Counted from the stretch's first letter, positions 9,784 through 20,436 are shown. The stretch: DNA of 59,749 nt from Thainema sp. (GCA_052168235.1 JBQLZK010000048.1:1-59749); one strand, 5' to 3'. Made by a program: numbers and translations. The notes: generated from the sequence alone by a model not told the origin.

Positions 9784-9978
9784 ATGACCAGCTTTGATTC
9801 TGTCCCCAAAGTTCCCGCTACACAGCAAGAGCTCGATAATCTCATTCAACGTTATCGGGCAGCCGATCCAAAGGATGGCAACCTCTATCGAATTTGGGAA
9901 GTAATTCGAACTGCGGCACTCCAGCAAAAAGGGAAAGAAATTCCCAATGATCATGTCAGCGGCGAATCCAGCTATTAG
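9784..9978 (+). CDS. Small hypothetical protein (64 aa)
   Basis: AAGGAG RBS just upstream of ATG; followed by a long palindrome that could terminate it. Confidence 0.55.
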   Translation: MTSFDSVPKVPATQQELDNLIQRYRAADPKDGNLYRIWEVIRTAALQQKGKEIPNDHVSGESSY

Positions 9979-10108
9979 TGCAAATTTCCGTATGGAGCTT
10001 TATTGAACTTTGCGATCGCAAAGTTGCCCAATAAGTTGTTGTAAAAGTTGCGCATGGTGGGGCTTTCACAGCAGCTTGTTGTTTGACATCAGTCTCCAAA
10101 AATATAAC

Positions 10109-10154
10109 GAACATTTAAGAGGGAGGTGCGATCGCACCTCCCTCTTAAATGTTC
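10109..10154. terminator. 46-bp perfect palindrome centred on HIP1, likely bidirectional terminator
   Basis: GAACATTTAAGAGGGAGGTGCGA|TCGCACCTCCCTCTTAAATGTTC between convergent genes. Confidence 0.65.
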
Positions 10155-10226
10155 TTATCTCGAATTTATCGCTATCAACGACCCATTTTGACAGCTTCTG
10201 GTAGTTGATACTGCAAGTGACCAGTC

Positions 10227-10751
10227 TTACAAACTTGGAGTTTTACCAGTTTCTTTCTGGCTGGGAATATCACCAACCTCGCTGTAGCCCATGTTGCCAG
10301 CAATGGTGCGCAGCATAGAGATTTGCTCTTGAAATTCCAGGTTTTCAATTCGCTTCAGCGCATCTTTAATCGCTGAGCTGGCTTTATAATCAGCCGGCAT
10401 ATCGACCACATTATTGCCCATTTCTTTGGCCCAAGCGTACCAAACCAAGAGCTGATTATTTTCAGTCAAGCCACCATAAGCACGAGAACAGTCAGAGTCT
10501 TTTCCTTCTACAATTTCTCGCATGATTTGCAGTTGCTCATCATCAGACAGCTCCAGATAGTCACCGATCAGGGTGGGTACCAATTCTGGATTAGCGGCGG
10601 AGGGAGCAGCGGGCGTAATCGATTCACCCATATGCTCATATGCGTAGTAAAGCAGCGCTAGTTTCTCGTCTGTGCCTAACGATTCAAATGCATCTACGAC
10701 TTTTTGAGTTCCTTCGGGTAAAAAAGTGTTTTTGTTAGCACTTGCAGTCAT
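10227..10751 (-). CDS. Helical carotenoid protein (OCP N-terminal domain only)
   Basis: DEKLALLYYAY...SITPAAP...QLQIMRE...SRAYG...WYAWA...EQISMLR; no C-terminal NTF2 domain. Confidence 0.85.
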   Translation of the reverse strand: MTASANKNTFLPEGTQKVVDAFESLGTDEKLALLYYAYEHMGESITPAAPSAANPELVPTLIGDYLELSDDEQLQIMREIVEGKDSDCSRAYGGLTENNQLLVWYAWAKEMGNNVVDMPADYKASSAIKDALKRIENLEFQEQISMLRTIAGNMGYSEVGDIPSQKETGKTPSL

Positions 10752-10884
10752 ATAAGTTCCTATGTTTATCGTTCGTACCCTACAAATATCAGGAGCCGCA
10801 GATTGGATCTCCCTTCAGTGGGTAGAAATTAGGCAGGCATATGACTGTGTCAAAAGACAGGTTTTTGACTACGCTGCCACCTAG

Positions 10885-11817
10885 TTACGCGATGCCAGCA
10901 ACGGCTAGGCAGGGTTCAACAGTTGCGAGTACCGAATTTGCCAAAGCCGCAAAATGATAGCCACCCTCCAATCCAAATACGATGCGGGACGTGAGCTGTA
11001 GGCAGTACTGCGTCAGGATTTTATAGTCATCGGGTTCAAGGTCAATGCTCGCTAGTGGGTCGGCAGCATTTGCGTCGTAGCCAGCACTGACCAAGAGCAA
11101 ATCCGGCTGAAAATTCTGCAAAAACGGCATGACCTTTTGCTCAAATGCCAGCGTGTAGTCGGTAATGGTGCTACCGGGTCGCATAGGAATATTCAGCACA
11201 TTGTGGTGTTCACCCTGATCGGTGGCGCGCCCCGTGCCGGGATAGCAAGGAGACTGATGGGTAGAGCAGTAGACAATGCGGGAATCATGCTCCACGATGT
11301 CTTGCGTTCCGTTGCCGTGATGAACATCCCAATCCAGAATGGCCACGCGTTCAATGCCCGGTTGCTGGAGGGCATAGTAAGCTGCGATCGCAGCATTGGA
11401 TAACAAGCAAAATCCCATGCCTGTGCGCTTGACGGCATGATGCCCAGGCGGACGCGCCAGGACAAAGGCTGGCCCATTGGTTGTCAAAGCGCTATCTACT
11501 CCATCAATCCAGGCACTGACCGCCAGTAGCGCCACCTCAAAACTGCGGGGTGACACACGCGTATCGGCATCGATCCGTCCTCCGCCACCATTCGCCAGTT
11601 GCCGCAGTGCTTCAACATAACTTGCATCATGTACGGCCAGTACCCACGGCATCACGTCCCGCTGCTGTACTGGAGTCGGTGTTTGCCATTTGAGCTGATT
11701 GGCCCAAGGCGCAGTCTTTAAGGATTTGACAATAGCCGTCAGGCGTTCTGGACATTCGGGGTGTCCGTAGCCTGGATCGTGCTGCAAAAATTCATCGGAG
11801 TAAAAAATAGGCAGCAT
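10885..11817 (-). CDS. Histone deacetylase family protein
   Basis: HPECPER, RPPGHHA, DWDVHHGNGTQ, LEGGY motifs. Confidence 0.92.
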   Translation of the reverse strand: MLPIFYSDEFLQHDPGYGHPECPERLTAIVKSLKTAPWANQLKWQTPTPVQQRDVMPWVLAVHDASYVEALRQLANGGGGRIDADTRVSPRSFEVALLAVSAWIDGVDSALTTNGPAFVLARPPGHHAVKRTGMGFCLLSNAAIAAYYALQQPGIERVAILDWDVHHGNGTQDIVEHDSRIVYCSTHQSPCYPGTGRATDQGEHHNVLNIPMRPGSTITDYTLAFEQKVMPFLQNFQPDLLLVSAGYDANAADPLASIDLEPDDYKILTQYCLQLTSRIVFGLEGGYHFAALANSVLATVEPCLAVAGIA

Positions 11818-12121
11818 GGCAAATTTGCTTTGGGATTCAGTCTATGCATTCAATATCACTCCTCTATTCTAGGGCGCAAATTCTTCTAGAAGAGCCATTT
11901 TGTCGCGTTGTATCGAAGCACGGCACATCCACGATCAAAACCTACCGAAATCAAGCTGGCAGACGAGCAGAATTCACCCGCAGACAAAAATATTGTGAAT
12001 TGTCGGGATATGGCTCTTACGGAGAGTGCAAGACGATCGCTATAATGCTGGCGTGCAATAACCACTTGCCGTAGAGCATAGGCTGGAACGCTCTACCATC
12101 TGGATTTTTGCAGTTGCTACC

Positions 12122-13084
12122 ATGTCATATATCATGCAGGCCAATTGCTATCCGTGTCTGGTGCTCAATTCCTTATCGCCGAAAGGCTGGAAAATTCAAC
12201 TATCGCTGCTGACATTTGCGATCGCACTGGTCATGTCTGCTTGCACATCTGCCCAACCTGGTCAATCTGGCCAATCTGGGGCCGATCCGCAATCGCCGCC
12301 AAATTTGACCAAAGCAGACTCGCCAGCACTGGCATCACCGAATCATGCCGTTCAGAAATATAGCGAAACGACCCGTGGCGTCAAAGTCGCCACGCTACAT
12401 CCTGAGCCAATCTCAATTACGGGAGAGATCTCCTTTGAGCAGGCGGTGATGAAGGCCGCTAATGCGACGGAACTGGCCGATGTTGCCCAAACAGTAGACG
12501 ATTGGGAACGGGTTGTGCAGCATTGGCAAACGGCCATTGCTTTAATACAGGCTATCCCCGCTACGGATGATAAATATGCGATCGCGCAACAGCGCCTGCC
12601 TGCTTATCAACAGCAGCTGCAAGTTGCCCAGCAGCAGGCCGCTCAACTGGCCGAACAACAAGCCACCCAGCACAAGCAACGCGCAAAGCAGGGTGAACAC
12701 ATTTTTCGAGAGGTGCGTGGAAACTACCAGTTGACCAATATTTTGCAGGGCACCCCGACCCTCCAAATCATTGTTCTGGATGAGCAGTGGAAATCACTGT
12801 CAAAGACAGAACAAATCAATCTGGCTGAATACGCTAAATCGCTGGTTCAATCGGCCCGTTCAGCACCAGACAAGTATGTTGATGTTTCAGTCTCGAATCC
12901 CATTTACGATCGCTTTGTTTCGAAAGCGGCTGGACTATGCGATGACTGCTGGGCAATTGTAGTCAGCGAACAGCCCAGCATCAGCAGCTTTTCCGATCTG
13001 AAAACAGTTGTCCAAGGAGATGAACTGTGGGAGAAGGAAGACCCCTGCTGTCGGGGGAAGAAGGTTTCAGAGTTTGTCAGGTAG
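12122..13084 (+). CDS. Hypothetical exported/lipoprotein
   Basis: Hydrophobic signal ending in lipobox-like MSAC; helical WQTAIAL...IP...YAIAQQRL repeat; start uncertain. Confidence 0.65.
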   Translation: MSYIMQANCYPCLVLNSLSPKGWKIQLSLLTFAIALVMSACTSAQPGQSGQSGADPQSPPNLTKADSPALASPNHAVQKYSETTRGVKVATLHPEPISITGEISFEQAVMKAANATELADVAQTVDDWERVVQHWQTAIALIQAIPATDDKYAIAQQRLPAYQQQLQVAQQQAAQLAEQQATQHKQRAKQGEHIFREVRGNYQLTNILQGTPTLQIIVLDEQWKSLSKTEQINLAEYAKSLVQSARSAPDKYVDVSVSNPIYDRFVSKAAGLCDDCWAIVVSEQPSISSFSDLKTVVQGDELWEKEDPCCRGKKVSEFVR

Positions 13085-13227
13085 GGAGAGGCTGTAGAGG
13101 GTCATAGAGGAGTTAATCGGGCAGAGAGGGATGGGGCAGTGGTTAGTGATTGATGGTTGATGGTTGGAGAGAACTGATTTTGGCGGGGTTGATTGCATAA
13201 GCTGGCGAAAGTGAGAGATAAATCGGG

Positions 13228-14391
13228 ATGTTCATTCGTTCTTGGTTTATTTCCAGCACAGTATTTATGAATAAGCCCTCATTCTTTGGATTTAGCCGAA
13301 TTGCGATCGCAGTTTCCCTTTCCATCACAAGTTCACTTCTACCGTTGACCGTTAGCCGAAGTGCGATCGCGGTTGAAGTGCCAAACCCGCCGATCCAGTT
13401 AGCTCAAGCGAATACCATTTCCCTCTTACGCAATCTTCAGCATGGCAATAATGTGCTCGGTTTAGCCTTTAGCCCCAACGGTCAGTACCTGGCTAGCGCC
13501 GCTAGCGATCGCAGTTTGCGGGTGTGGAATGTGGATGCGGTGTTGCAGGGAGATGAGCAGCGATTTGTGAGCCATGTGATTGACTTACCCAGTAGCGATC
13601 GCTATGGCACATCGCTGGCCTTTAGCCCGGACAATCGTTATCTGGTCTCTGCAACGTTTAACGGCGATGTGCGAGTGTGGGATTTGAATGCCTGCGATCC
13701 GGAGCGGAACACCTGCGCGTCGGAGGTAATTTTGGATCGAGACTATCGAGGCGTTTCGCCGACGGTGCAGTTCAGTCCCAACGGTCAGTATCTGGCGGCC
13801 AGTAATTTTGACGGCAGCATCACGCTCTGGAACTGGGGGAGTCGTACTGTCTTGGCAACGCTGGAAGCGGAAACGGGACGGCACAATGGCGAGCGGCAAG
13901 ACGGTCGCTTCTCGTCGCTGGCCTTTAGTCCCGATGGCAAGTATCTGGTTGCGGGCAGTCACGATACGACGATTACCATCTGGGATTTAGAGGATGATTT
14001 TGAGCGGGTGGAAGTCGTCAAAACTCGCCTGGGTGTTGAGTCGGTTAAGTTCAGCCCCGATGGTGAAACGTTAGCGGCAGGGAATCTAGATGGAGTTGAA
14101 CTGCGCTCGTTTAAGGAAGTGCGCGGTCGTCTACAAATTGGTGAACCTGTCGAAATGCAGGGGGCTGGACGGGTGAATTCTCTCGTCTATAGCCGCAGTG
14201 GTCAGCTCATCTTCAGTGGCGACAATAGCGGCAATGTGATGGTTTGGGATACGGAGGAGGAAGAATCCCTGGGGACTGCACCTGCCGACCAGCAGCATAA
14301 TGCACCCGTTCTGGCAGTCGTGATGAATTCAAATGGCGATTTGGTGGCAACCAGCAGCTCCAATGGCGAAATAAAGCTCTGGCAACCCTAG
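13228..14391 (+). CDS. Exported WD40-repeat protein
   Basis: Signal peptide then repeated LAFSPxGxYL...IxxWD units. Confidence 0.88.
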   Translation: MFIRSWFISSTVFMNKPSFFGFSRIAIAVSLSITSSLLPLTVSRSAIAVEVPNPPIQLAQANTISLLRNLQHGNNVLGLAFSPNGQYLASAASDRSLRVWNVDAVLQGDEQRFVSHVIDLPSSDRYGTSLAFSPDNRYLVSATFNGDVRVWDLNACDPERNTCASEVILDRDYRGVSPTVQFSPNGQYLAASNFDGSITLWNWGSRTVLATLEAETGRHNGERQDGRFSSLAFSPDGKYLVAGSHDTTITIWDLEDDFERVEVVKTRLGVESVKFSPDGETLAAGNLDGVELRSFKEVRGRLQIGEPVEMQGAGRVNSLVYSRSGQLIFSGDNSGNVMVWDTEEEESLGTAPADQQHNAPVLAVVMNSNGDLVATSSSNGEIKLWQP

Positions 14392-14406
14392 TTATTTCTA
14401 ATTCAA

Positions 14407-14436
14407 TGTAGGGGCGAATGGCCATTCGCCCCTACA
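14407..14436. repeat. GTAG-type REP palindrome (30 bp, perfect)
   Basis: TGTAGGGGCGAATGG|CCATTCGCCCCTACA between convergent WD40 and rpiA genes; identical 28-mer at 40957-40984. Confidence 0.85.
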
Positions 14437-14463
14437 CAGGGTTTAACGAGAATCGGGAATGAA

Positions 14464-15171
14464 CTACATTTCGCGAATGGAAACTTGGCCGTCTTTGACT
14501 TCGCCGATCAGGACGAGGTCGGTGACATCGACAAACAGGCCGTTTTCTAATACACCCGGAATATTGTTGATCCGCTGCTCCATTGCAGCTGGATCGGTGA
14601 TGGCTTCAAACTTCACGTCCAGCACCATGTTGCCCTGGTCGGTAATTACGGGGCCATCTTTTTTGACGCCCATGCGGAGTTCAACCTTGCCGCCGAGGTT
14701 TTCTAAGGCGCGAGTTACAGGCGCGATCGCAATTGGCAATACTTCAACGGGTAGGGGAAATGCACCCAGCTTATCGACGATCTTAGAGCTGTCAACCACG
14801 ACGATAAACTGCTTGGCCAGCGAGTCAACCACCTTCTCACGGGTATGAGCTGCGCCGCCGCCCTTAATCAAATTGCGCTGCGGATCGACCTCATCCGCCC
14901 CATCAATGGCAACATCAATGCCACTGACTTCATCCAGCGTTGTCAGCGGAATCCCGTACTGCTTAGCCAATACAGAAGCCTGGAACGAAGTCGGAATTCC
15001 CTTGATGTCCTTGAGTTCACCAGACTTCAACCGCTCACCCAAAAACTGAATTGCAAAAGCGGTGGTTGATCCCGTCCCTAGTCCTACGATTGAGCCGGAG
15101 GTAACGCGGGCAGCTGCCGCTTTGCCGACTCCTTGTTTCATCAATTTAACAGGATCCATTCCTTCGGTCAT
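14464..15171 (-). CDS. rpiA: Ribose-5-phosphate isomerase A
   Basis: GLGTGST, DGADEVD, IKGGG motifs; AAGGAG RBS supports ATG at 15171. Confidence 0.95.
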   Translation of the reverse strand: MTEGMDPVKLMKQGVGKAAAARVTSGSIVGLGTGSTTAFAIQFLGERLKSGELKDIKGIPTSFQASVLAKQYGIPLTTLDEVSGIDVAIDGADEVDPQRNLIKGGGAAHTREKVVDSLAKQFIVVVDSSKIVDKLGAFPLPVEVLPIAIAPVTRALENLGGKVELRMGVKKDGPVITDQGNMVLDVKFEAITDPAAMEQRINNIPGVLENGLFVDVTDLVLIGEVKDGQVSIREM

Positions 15172-15375
15172 TCCAACACTCCTTCTGTTTATATGTCTAT
15201 GTAAACCACGATGCTTGGTTCTAGAATGACGGAAAGTGGAACAGATGCCTAGTCTTTTGCTGAGAAATTCAGAGCCATTCCTCAGCCTTATGACATGCAT
15301 TGAAAGCTAGAAGGGTAAGCATACTGCGACCTTGCGGTAGCATCATTATCTTTTTGGTTTTTGATAGGAAATTCT

Positions 15376-16659
15376 TTATGAACCGATAAGAAAAGCATAC
15401 ATATTGCTGCTGTCGCCCATGTAAGATTCCTTCTTGCGAGCGGCAATATAGTCCGCCAGATGCATGGCGTCGCGGGCAATCCCCGAAAAGCGACCCGACC
15501 CCCAGGTGTAAAGCCAGGGTAAGCCCAGAAAGTACAGTCCCCAGATCTCGGTAACGCCGCGATCGTGGCCCGGATAGCCTTTGCCATCAAAGACGGGCAG
15601 CTCAACCCAGCGAAAGTCCGACTCGTAGCCGATACTCCAAATGATGGTGCCAATATTGGCCTGCTCGTAATCGAGTTCCAAAATGGGTTCCGTCGGCTCC
15701 CAAGCGGGAACGTAGGGCGGTTCCGATGGGGCTGGAATCTGGTGCTGGTCAATGAACTGATCAATCGTGCGCTTGATGCTTTCGGCTACGGCATCAGCCT
15801 GATCGAGGTTTTGCTTCAGGTCATCTTGAAATTCAAGCTGAGTGTCTTGGATATCTTTCAGCCTGCCGTAAAGCTGCATCCCGTCCAGCGCTAGCTGGCG
15901 CAGGTCGATTTCACGCCCGCCATCCCGTCCGGTGACGTAGTGATTGGTCTTGTGACGGGCCTGTTCTTTTTGGGGGTGCTGATCAATCGTTAGGTCGTAG
16001 TAGCCCATCTGATCCAGCCAGGCAACTACGTCCTTACCGCGATAGGTACGAGCCGAGCGGGGTGCGCCACCGACGCAGAGATGAACCGGCTTGCCCGCAA
16101 AGTGCAAGTCTTCGGCAATCTGGCAACCGGATTGTCCGGTTCCCACGACGAGAACGGCTTGATCCGGCAGCGATTGAGGATTTCTGTACTCCGACGAGTG
16201 AATTTGGACAATGTGCTCCGGTAGCCGAGTTGCGATCGCAGGTATCTTGGGCTTGTGATAATAACCCGCCGCAATTACCACCTGATCAGCGGTATAGTCG
16301 CCAATTGTGGTCGAGACTTCGAACACGTCCTGCGCCTTGTTCTTACGCAGCTTCAGTACTTCCACCCCTTCTTCAACCGGAGCGGCAAACGCCGCTGCAT
16401 AGTCCTTGATGTACTGCACGATGTCATGCTTGGGCATGAAGCCGTGCGGATCGGGGCCAGGATACGAATATCCAGGTAACTGACACTGCCAGTTGGGCGT
16501 GACCAGACAAAAGGAATCCCAGCGCTTGGCTTTCCAGGAGTAGCCAATCTCTTTCTTCTCAAAGACGATGTGGTCAATCCCTTTTTGTTTCAGGCAGTAG
16601 CTCATGGATAGGCCCGACTGCCCACCACCCACAATGATGACAGAGTAATGTTGCTGCAT
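15376..16659 (-). CDS. Flavin-dependent oxidoreductase, MSMEG_0569 (Nit1C NitH-like) family
   Basis: GGGQSG FAD motif, RWDSFCLVTPNWQC, GTGQSG, NHYVTGRDGG, GLPWLYTWGSGRF. Confidence 0.8.
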   Translation of the reverse strand: MQQHYSVIIVGGGQSGLSMSYCLKQKGIDHIVFEKKEIGYSWKAKRWDSFCLVTPNWQCQLPGYSYPGPDPHGFMPKHDIVQYIKDYAAAFAAPVEEGVEVLKLRKNKAQDVFEVSTTIGDYTADQVVIAAGYYHKPKIPAIATRLPEHIVQIHSSEYRNPQSLPDQAVLVVGTGQSGCQIAEDLHFAGKPVHLCVGGAPRSARTYRGKDVVAWLDQMGYYDLTIDQHPQKEQARHKTNHYVTGRDGGREIDLRQLALDGMQLYGRLKDIQDTQLEFQDDLKQNLDQADAVAESIKRTIDQFIDQHQIPAPSEPPYVPAWEPTEPILELDYEQANIGTIIWSIGYESDFRWVELPVFDGKGYPGHDRGVTEIWGLYFLGLPWLYTWGSGRFSGIARDAMHLADYIAARKKESYMGDSSNMYAFLIGS

Positions 16660-16686
16660 GAATCGTACCAGCCGTGTGAGGTCTCA

Positions 16687-16775
16687 TCACGAATCTGCGG
16701 AAACCAATTTAATTTTCAGCAAGCTGTTCGCGACTTGCTGAAAATTAAACTCGGGTTTTATAGCCAGATTCGTAT
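16687..16775 (-). mobile_element. MITE-like element, shell family 1, copy E (diverged)
   Basis: Terminal IR ACGAATCTG/CAGATTCGT; GGGTTTTATAGCCAGATTCGTAT end; 16-bp arms TTTAATTTTCAGCAAG/CTTGCTGAAAATTAAA. Confidence 0.55.
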
Positions 16776-16782
16776 TACTGCC

Positions 16783-16825
16783 ACACTACGAACGATTCAC
16801 TGAGGGCGTTTGTATCTCTAACTAC
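16783..16825 (-). promoter_or_regulatory. Putative NtcA-activated promoter of the MSMEG_0569-family gene
   Basis: GTA-N8-TAC at 16812-16825 (GTATCTCTAACTAC); TAGTGT (TAN3T -10) 23 nt downstream on the minus strand at 16788-16783. Confidence 0.6.
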
Positions 16826-16991
16826 GAAAGCCTTGAGAACCCGCCAAGTTTAGCAGTAAGCACAGGTGCGATCGCAGTTCTCTCCAATCGCTGAACCACG
16901 AATATGCAGAACATCTATTTGCACCTAACAATTGATCCAGGTAACACCAATCCCCTCGGGTGGGCATCGTTCCCCCTTATCTACCGAAGTA

Positions 16992-17100
16992 CTAGTGCTT
17001 TGTCCAGTGTGTTTTGAGGGGTAGAAAAATTTTGAAAATATTGCGGCGCAATATTTTCAAAATTCTTCTACCCCTCATTTCTACTTTGACAGACTACTAG
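16992..17100. mobile_element. CTAG-bounded MITE-like element with 30-bp-arm palindrome
   Basis: Outer ends CTAGTGCTTTGTC and GACAGACTACTAG; arms 17015-17044 and 17048-17077 have one mismatch; apex GC-GGC-GC. Confidence 0.65.
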
Positions 17101-17732
17101 GATGCGATCGCAGTTGATTGCAGAATCAGATGCCGACCGGAATCAATCAACAGCCAGTTTTCATCCCGCAGTTGACCCAGCAACCGAGTGACCGTAACGC
17201 GGGTTGTTCCAATGGCATTAGCAAGCTGCTGATGCGTTAGACGAGTATTGATGCGAATACCTTGGGCGACGGGTTGTCCCATTTCCTGGGCCAGGAGCAG
17301 CAGCAGATGACGCAGTCGATCTTCGACTCGGCGCTGGCCTGCCATTGCCAGTACTGCCTCCGTTTGCTGGAGGCGACGGCTTAACTGGCGAAAGAGTCCC
17401 TGAGCCAACAGTGGCGACTGCTCAATTTCCATCTGATTGAGCCGCATCAGATCGACATCGGTGAGTGCGATCGCACTATAGGGGCGCAGTCGAGTGAAAG
17501 CAGTACCAAAAGGCATTGCAGGGCAGGCTAGACCCAAAATCGCTTCATCACCAGTGGGGTATAGCGTACTGAGCTGAACCACCCCTCGGCAGACAATCCA
17601 GATATCTTGGGGACGCATGGGGATAGTCTGGCCGGTGCTGAAGGGATGCAACTCCCTGCCTTGATAGACGTTTTCTAGAACTTGTCGCCATTCAGCAGAG
17701 GGAGGTTGTGTGGGAAGCTGAGCCTGAAGCAT
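17097..17732 (-). CDS. Crp/Fnr family transcriptional regulator
   Basis: cNMP-like domain plus HTH LTHQQLANAIGTTRVTVTRLL. Confidence 0.9.
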   Translation of the reverse strand: MLQAQLPTQPPSAEWRQVLENVYQGRELHPFSTGQTIPMRPQDIWIVCRGVVQLSTLYPTGDEAILGLACPAMPFGTAFTRLRPYSAIALTDVDLMRLNQMEIEQSPLLAQGLFRQLSRRLQQTEAVLAMAGQRRVEDRLRHLLLLLAQEMGQPVAQGIRINTRLTHQQLANAIGTTRVTVTRLLGQLRDENWLLIDSGRHLILQSTAIAS

Positions 17733-17843
17733 GGGAGTTTCATGTATACTACCGCACAGTAAATGTAGAAGACGAAGCTCAAATCCCGGTAATTAGCAGG
17801 TTGTCCTTAGGTTAAGATTTTTTTCATATTTGTGGGTGCCAAA

Positions 17844-17888
17844 TAAAAATAATTAGGTCGCCGCAATGCGGCGACCTAATTATTTTTA
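17844..17888. terminator. Palindrome with 21-bp arms directly after the trpE stop
   Basis: TAAAAATAATTAGGTCGCCGC-AAT-GCGGCGACCTAATTATTTTTA. Confidence 0.7.
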
Positions 17889-17893
17889 GGGCT

Positions 17894-19429
17894 TTACTTT
17901 TGTAGGCAGCGAATCGCTTCTAGCATGCCGCGTGCCTTATTTAGCGTCTCCTGATACTCTTTCTCCGGTTCAGAGTCGGCTACTAAACCCGCTCCAGCCT
18001 GGACACTGACCGTATGACTACCGTTTCCGCTGCCCCGCACCACCATCGTCCGAATTGCGATCGCAGTATTGAGCTGACCTTCAAAGTCGTAGTAGCCGTA
18101 GGCCCCTGAGTAAACGCCTCGGCGGCAGGGTTCTAGCTCGTGAATAATCTGCATGGCGCGGATTTTAGGTGCGCCGCTAACGGTACCCGCTGGGAAGCAG
18201 GCTTTCAGCAGTTCCCAAGCAGTTTTACCAGGAGCCAATGTGCCAACCACGTTGCTGACAATGTGCATCACGTGGGAGTAGCGCTCGATCACCATCAGCT
18301 CATCAACTGAAACCGATCCGTTATCGCAGACGCGTCCCAGGTCATTGCGACCGAGATCGACCAGCATGACGTGTTCGGCAATTTCCTTCGGGTCTTGCAG
18401 CAGGTCGTCGGCCAGTGCCATATCTTCGGGAACGGTATGACCACGGGGACGAGTCCCCGCAATTGGTCGCAGAGTTGCGATCGCGCGATTATCCTGAGCT
18501 TCATCTCGCTCGGCCTTGACCATCACTTCGGGGCTGGAACCAATAATTTGCCAGCCGTCGAAGTGGAAATAGGCCATGTAGGGCGAAGGATTGATCAGCC
18601 GCAGCGAGCGGTACAGCGCAAACGGATCGCCCTCGTATGCCGTCGTTAATCGCTGGGAAATCACCACCTGGAAAATATCACCAGCGTGGATGTAATCTTT
18701 TGCTTTTAGAACATTGGCGCAGAACTGTTCGCGAGTGGTATTGCTGGTGTAGGACAGCTCCGCCCGCTCTCTGCCATTGGGCGGCGTCCACTGCAAAACG
18801 GCATCGCGACCTGAGAAGGGGATTTGCAGCTTGTCAATCAGATTTTGCACCTGGCCGCAGGCTTTGTCGTAAGCCGTTTGCAGATCCACCGTCTCGTCCC
18901 GCAGATCGGCATAGGCAACTGCCCAGATCTTGCGCTTCACTTGGTCAAAAATCAGCAGGTGATCCACCTGCATCCACAGCCCATCCGGTAAATCCGCGTC
19001 TGTGGTTGGATAGACGGGCACCGTCGGCTCCATCCAGCGAATTAGCTCATAGCCCCAGAAGCCAAACAGACCGCCAATTCCCGGCGGCAGTTCCGGCAGT
19101 TTGACGGGAGTATAGGGAGCTAGACATTCACTTAGCGCAATAAAGGGATCGCCTTCAAACACCTGCTGCTGGCCATCGCGGTGAGTTTGCACGGTGCGAT
19201 CGCAGCGCGTTTCCAGCGTCCACAGCGGGTCACAACCCAGCAAACTGTAGCGACCAATATTTTCGCCCCCTTCCACCGACTCCAGCAAAAAGCTGTAGGG
19301 CTGTCCGGCGCAGACCTTGTACCACGCTGAAACGGGCGTATCGAGATCTGCTACCCACTCTTGGTAAACCGGAATAAAGTTACCGCGCTGGGCCAAGGCT
19401 TTGAATTCAGAAAAACCAGGGGAAACCAT
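17894..19429 (-). CDS. trpE: Anthranilate synthase component I
   Basis: FLLESVEGGE, GDIFQVV, NPSPYM, EHVMLVDLGRND, FPAGTVSGAPK. Confidence 0.95.
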   Translation of the reverse strand: MVSPGFSEFKALAQRGNFIPVYQEWVADLDTPVSAWYKVCAGQPYSFLLESVEGGENIGRYSLLGCDPLWTLETRCDRTVQTHRDGQQQVFEGDPFIALSECLAPYTPVKLPELPPGIGGLFGFWGYELIRWMEPTVPVYPTTDADLPDGLWMQVDHLLIFDQVKRKIWAVAYADLRDETVDLQTAYDKACGQVQNLIDKLQIPFSGRDAVLQWTPPNGRERAELSYTSNTTREQFCANVLKAKDYIHAGDIFQVVISQRLTTAYEGDPFALYRSLRLINPSPYMAYFHFDGWQIIGSSPEVMVKAERDEAQDNRAIATLRPIAGTRPRGHTVPEDMALADDLLQDPKEIAEHVMLVDLGRNDLGRVCDNGSVSVDELMVIERYSHVMHIVSNVVGTLAPGKTAWELLKACFPAGTVSGAPKIRAMQIIHELEPCRRGVYSGAYGYYDFEGQLNTAIAIRTMVVRGSGNGSHTVSVQAGAGLVADSEPEKEYQETLNKARGMLEAIRCLQK

Positions 19430-19735
19430 GAGTGAAAACAGCGATAGGTATTAGGGTCAGATGCAGAGTAGTGATACTATCTCACATCTTGCCGCAAAAG
19501 CTGAGACTTCTGACATGTGAGACTTCTGACATGAATATAGGACTTACGCACTTCTTGGTTCAAAATGAAAGACAGCCATCAACAGAATGCACAGAATGCA
19601 TCGATGGCTGTCTCTATGGCTAGTCAGTTCAACTACAGTAGGGCCAGAATATGGTGCTTCCAATAACCTACTGTTGATCAACAGACGAAGGATTAGAACA
19701 AAGGGCGAAGGGCACAAATTTATGCGATCGCAGAT

Positions 19736-20164
19736 TTACACCTCGAAGGGTGCCTTACCGCTGAACTTGATCGTAGCAGGCTCAGGATTGCTGCCAATGT
19801 TGCGATCCTTCTTACCAGCGTAAGAACGGCCCTCTTTGGCATTTTCAGGAAATTCACCATCCGCAGGGTGGATGTACTGCGTTTCGCCATTCGGATAGAT
19901 GCGATAGATTTTGTAATCCTGCATCTTGGGTTTGAAGTTGGTGCGCAGCTTCTTGCCAAGTGCAAGGCAATGCTCTTTACGAGGTAGATACAGCAGGTTC
20001 TCTCCCTCGTGCATGATGGCTGCGCCTCCGGTTGGCAGTTCGAAAACTTGCTCTTTGGGGCTGGTCCAGGTAATGGCGTATTTTTCTTCAGTCTCTGCTT
20101 TAGAAAGTAATCCGCCGGTGTTACCACCGTAGGATGGGGTTTGTCCAGTCAAGGTTTCTGTCAT
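19736..20164 (-). CDS. psaD: Photosystem I subunit II
   Basis: GGNTGGLL...EEKYAITW...FELPTGGAA...RKEHCLAL...HPADG. Confidence 0.95.
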   Translation of the reverse strand: MTETLTGQTPSYGGNTGGLLSKAETEEKYAITWTSPKEQVFELPTGGAAIMHEGENLLYLPRKEHCLALGKKLRTNFKPKMQDYKIYRIYPNGETQYIHPADGEFPENAKEGRSYAGKKDRNIGSNPEPATIKFSGKAPFEV

Positions 20165-20436
20165 AGGTCTTTACTCTCAACCGTTTTTAGGGGATCGTAT
20201 CACCGGGTTTTGATGCTACTACCGACTTCGTGAGGATCTGTTACAGTTCTACAAACTTAATTGTTGCAGGACTTAACGTTTTAATCTGTTTTCGAATGGT
20301 AAGGCCATCTCATACCGCATTGGTGCACTACGACCAGTTCTAGTTTTGCGTGAAATGCACACGAGACAAGCTTTTTGAACAAAAATTATTCTGAGATTTT
20401 ACAACTTGCTGCCATCCGGCTTGGCATTTTGCGAAA

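Noticed and set aside
19502..19533. 16-bp tandem duplication (also a 13-mer x2.5 at 46335-46367)
   Set aside because: Local slippage-type duplications with no other copies and no evident function.
20236..20262. RpaB/HLR1 site upstream of psaD
   Set aside because: The TACA half-sites are 8 bp apart rather than the 10-bp period of HLR1.
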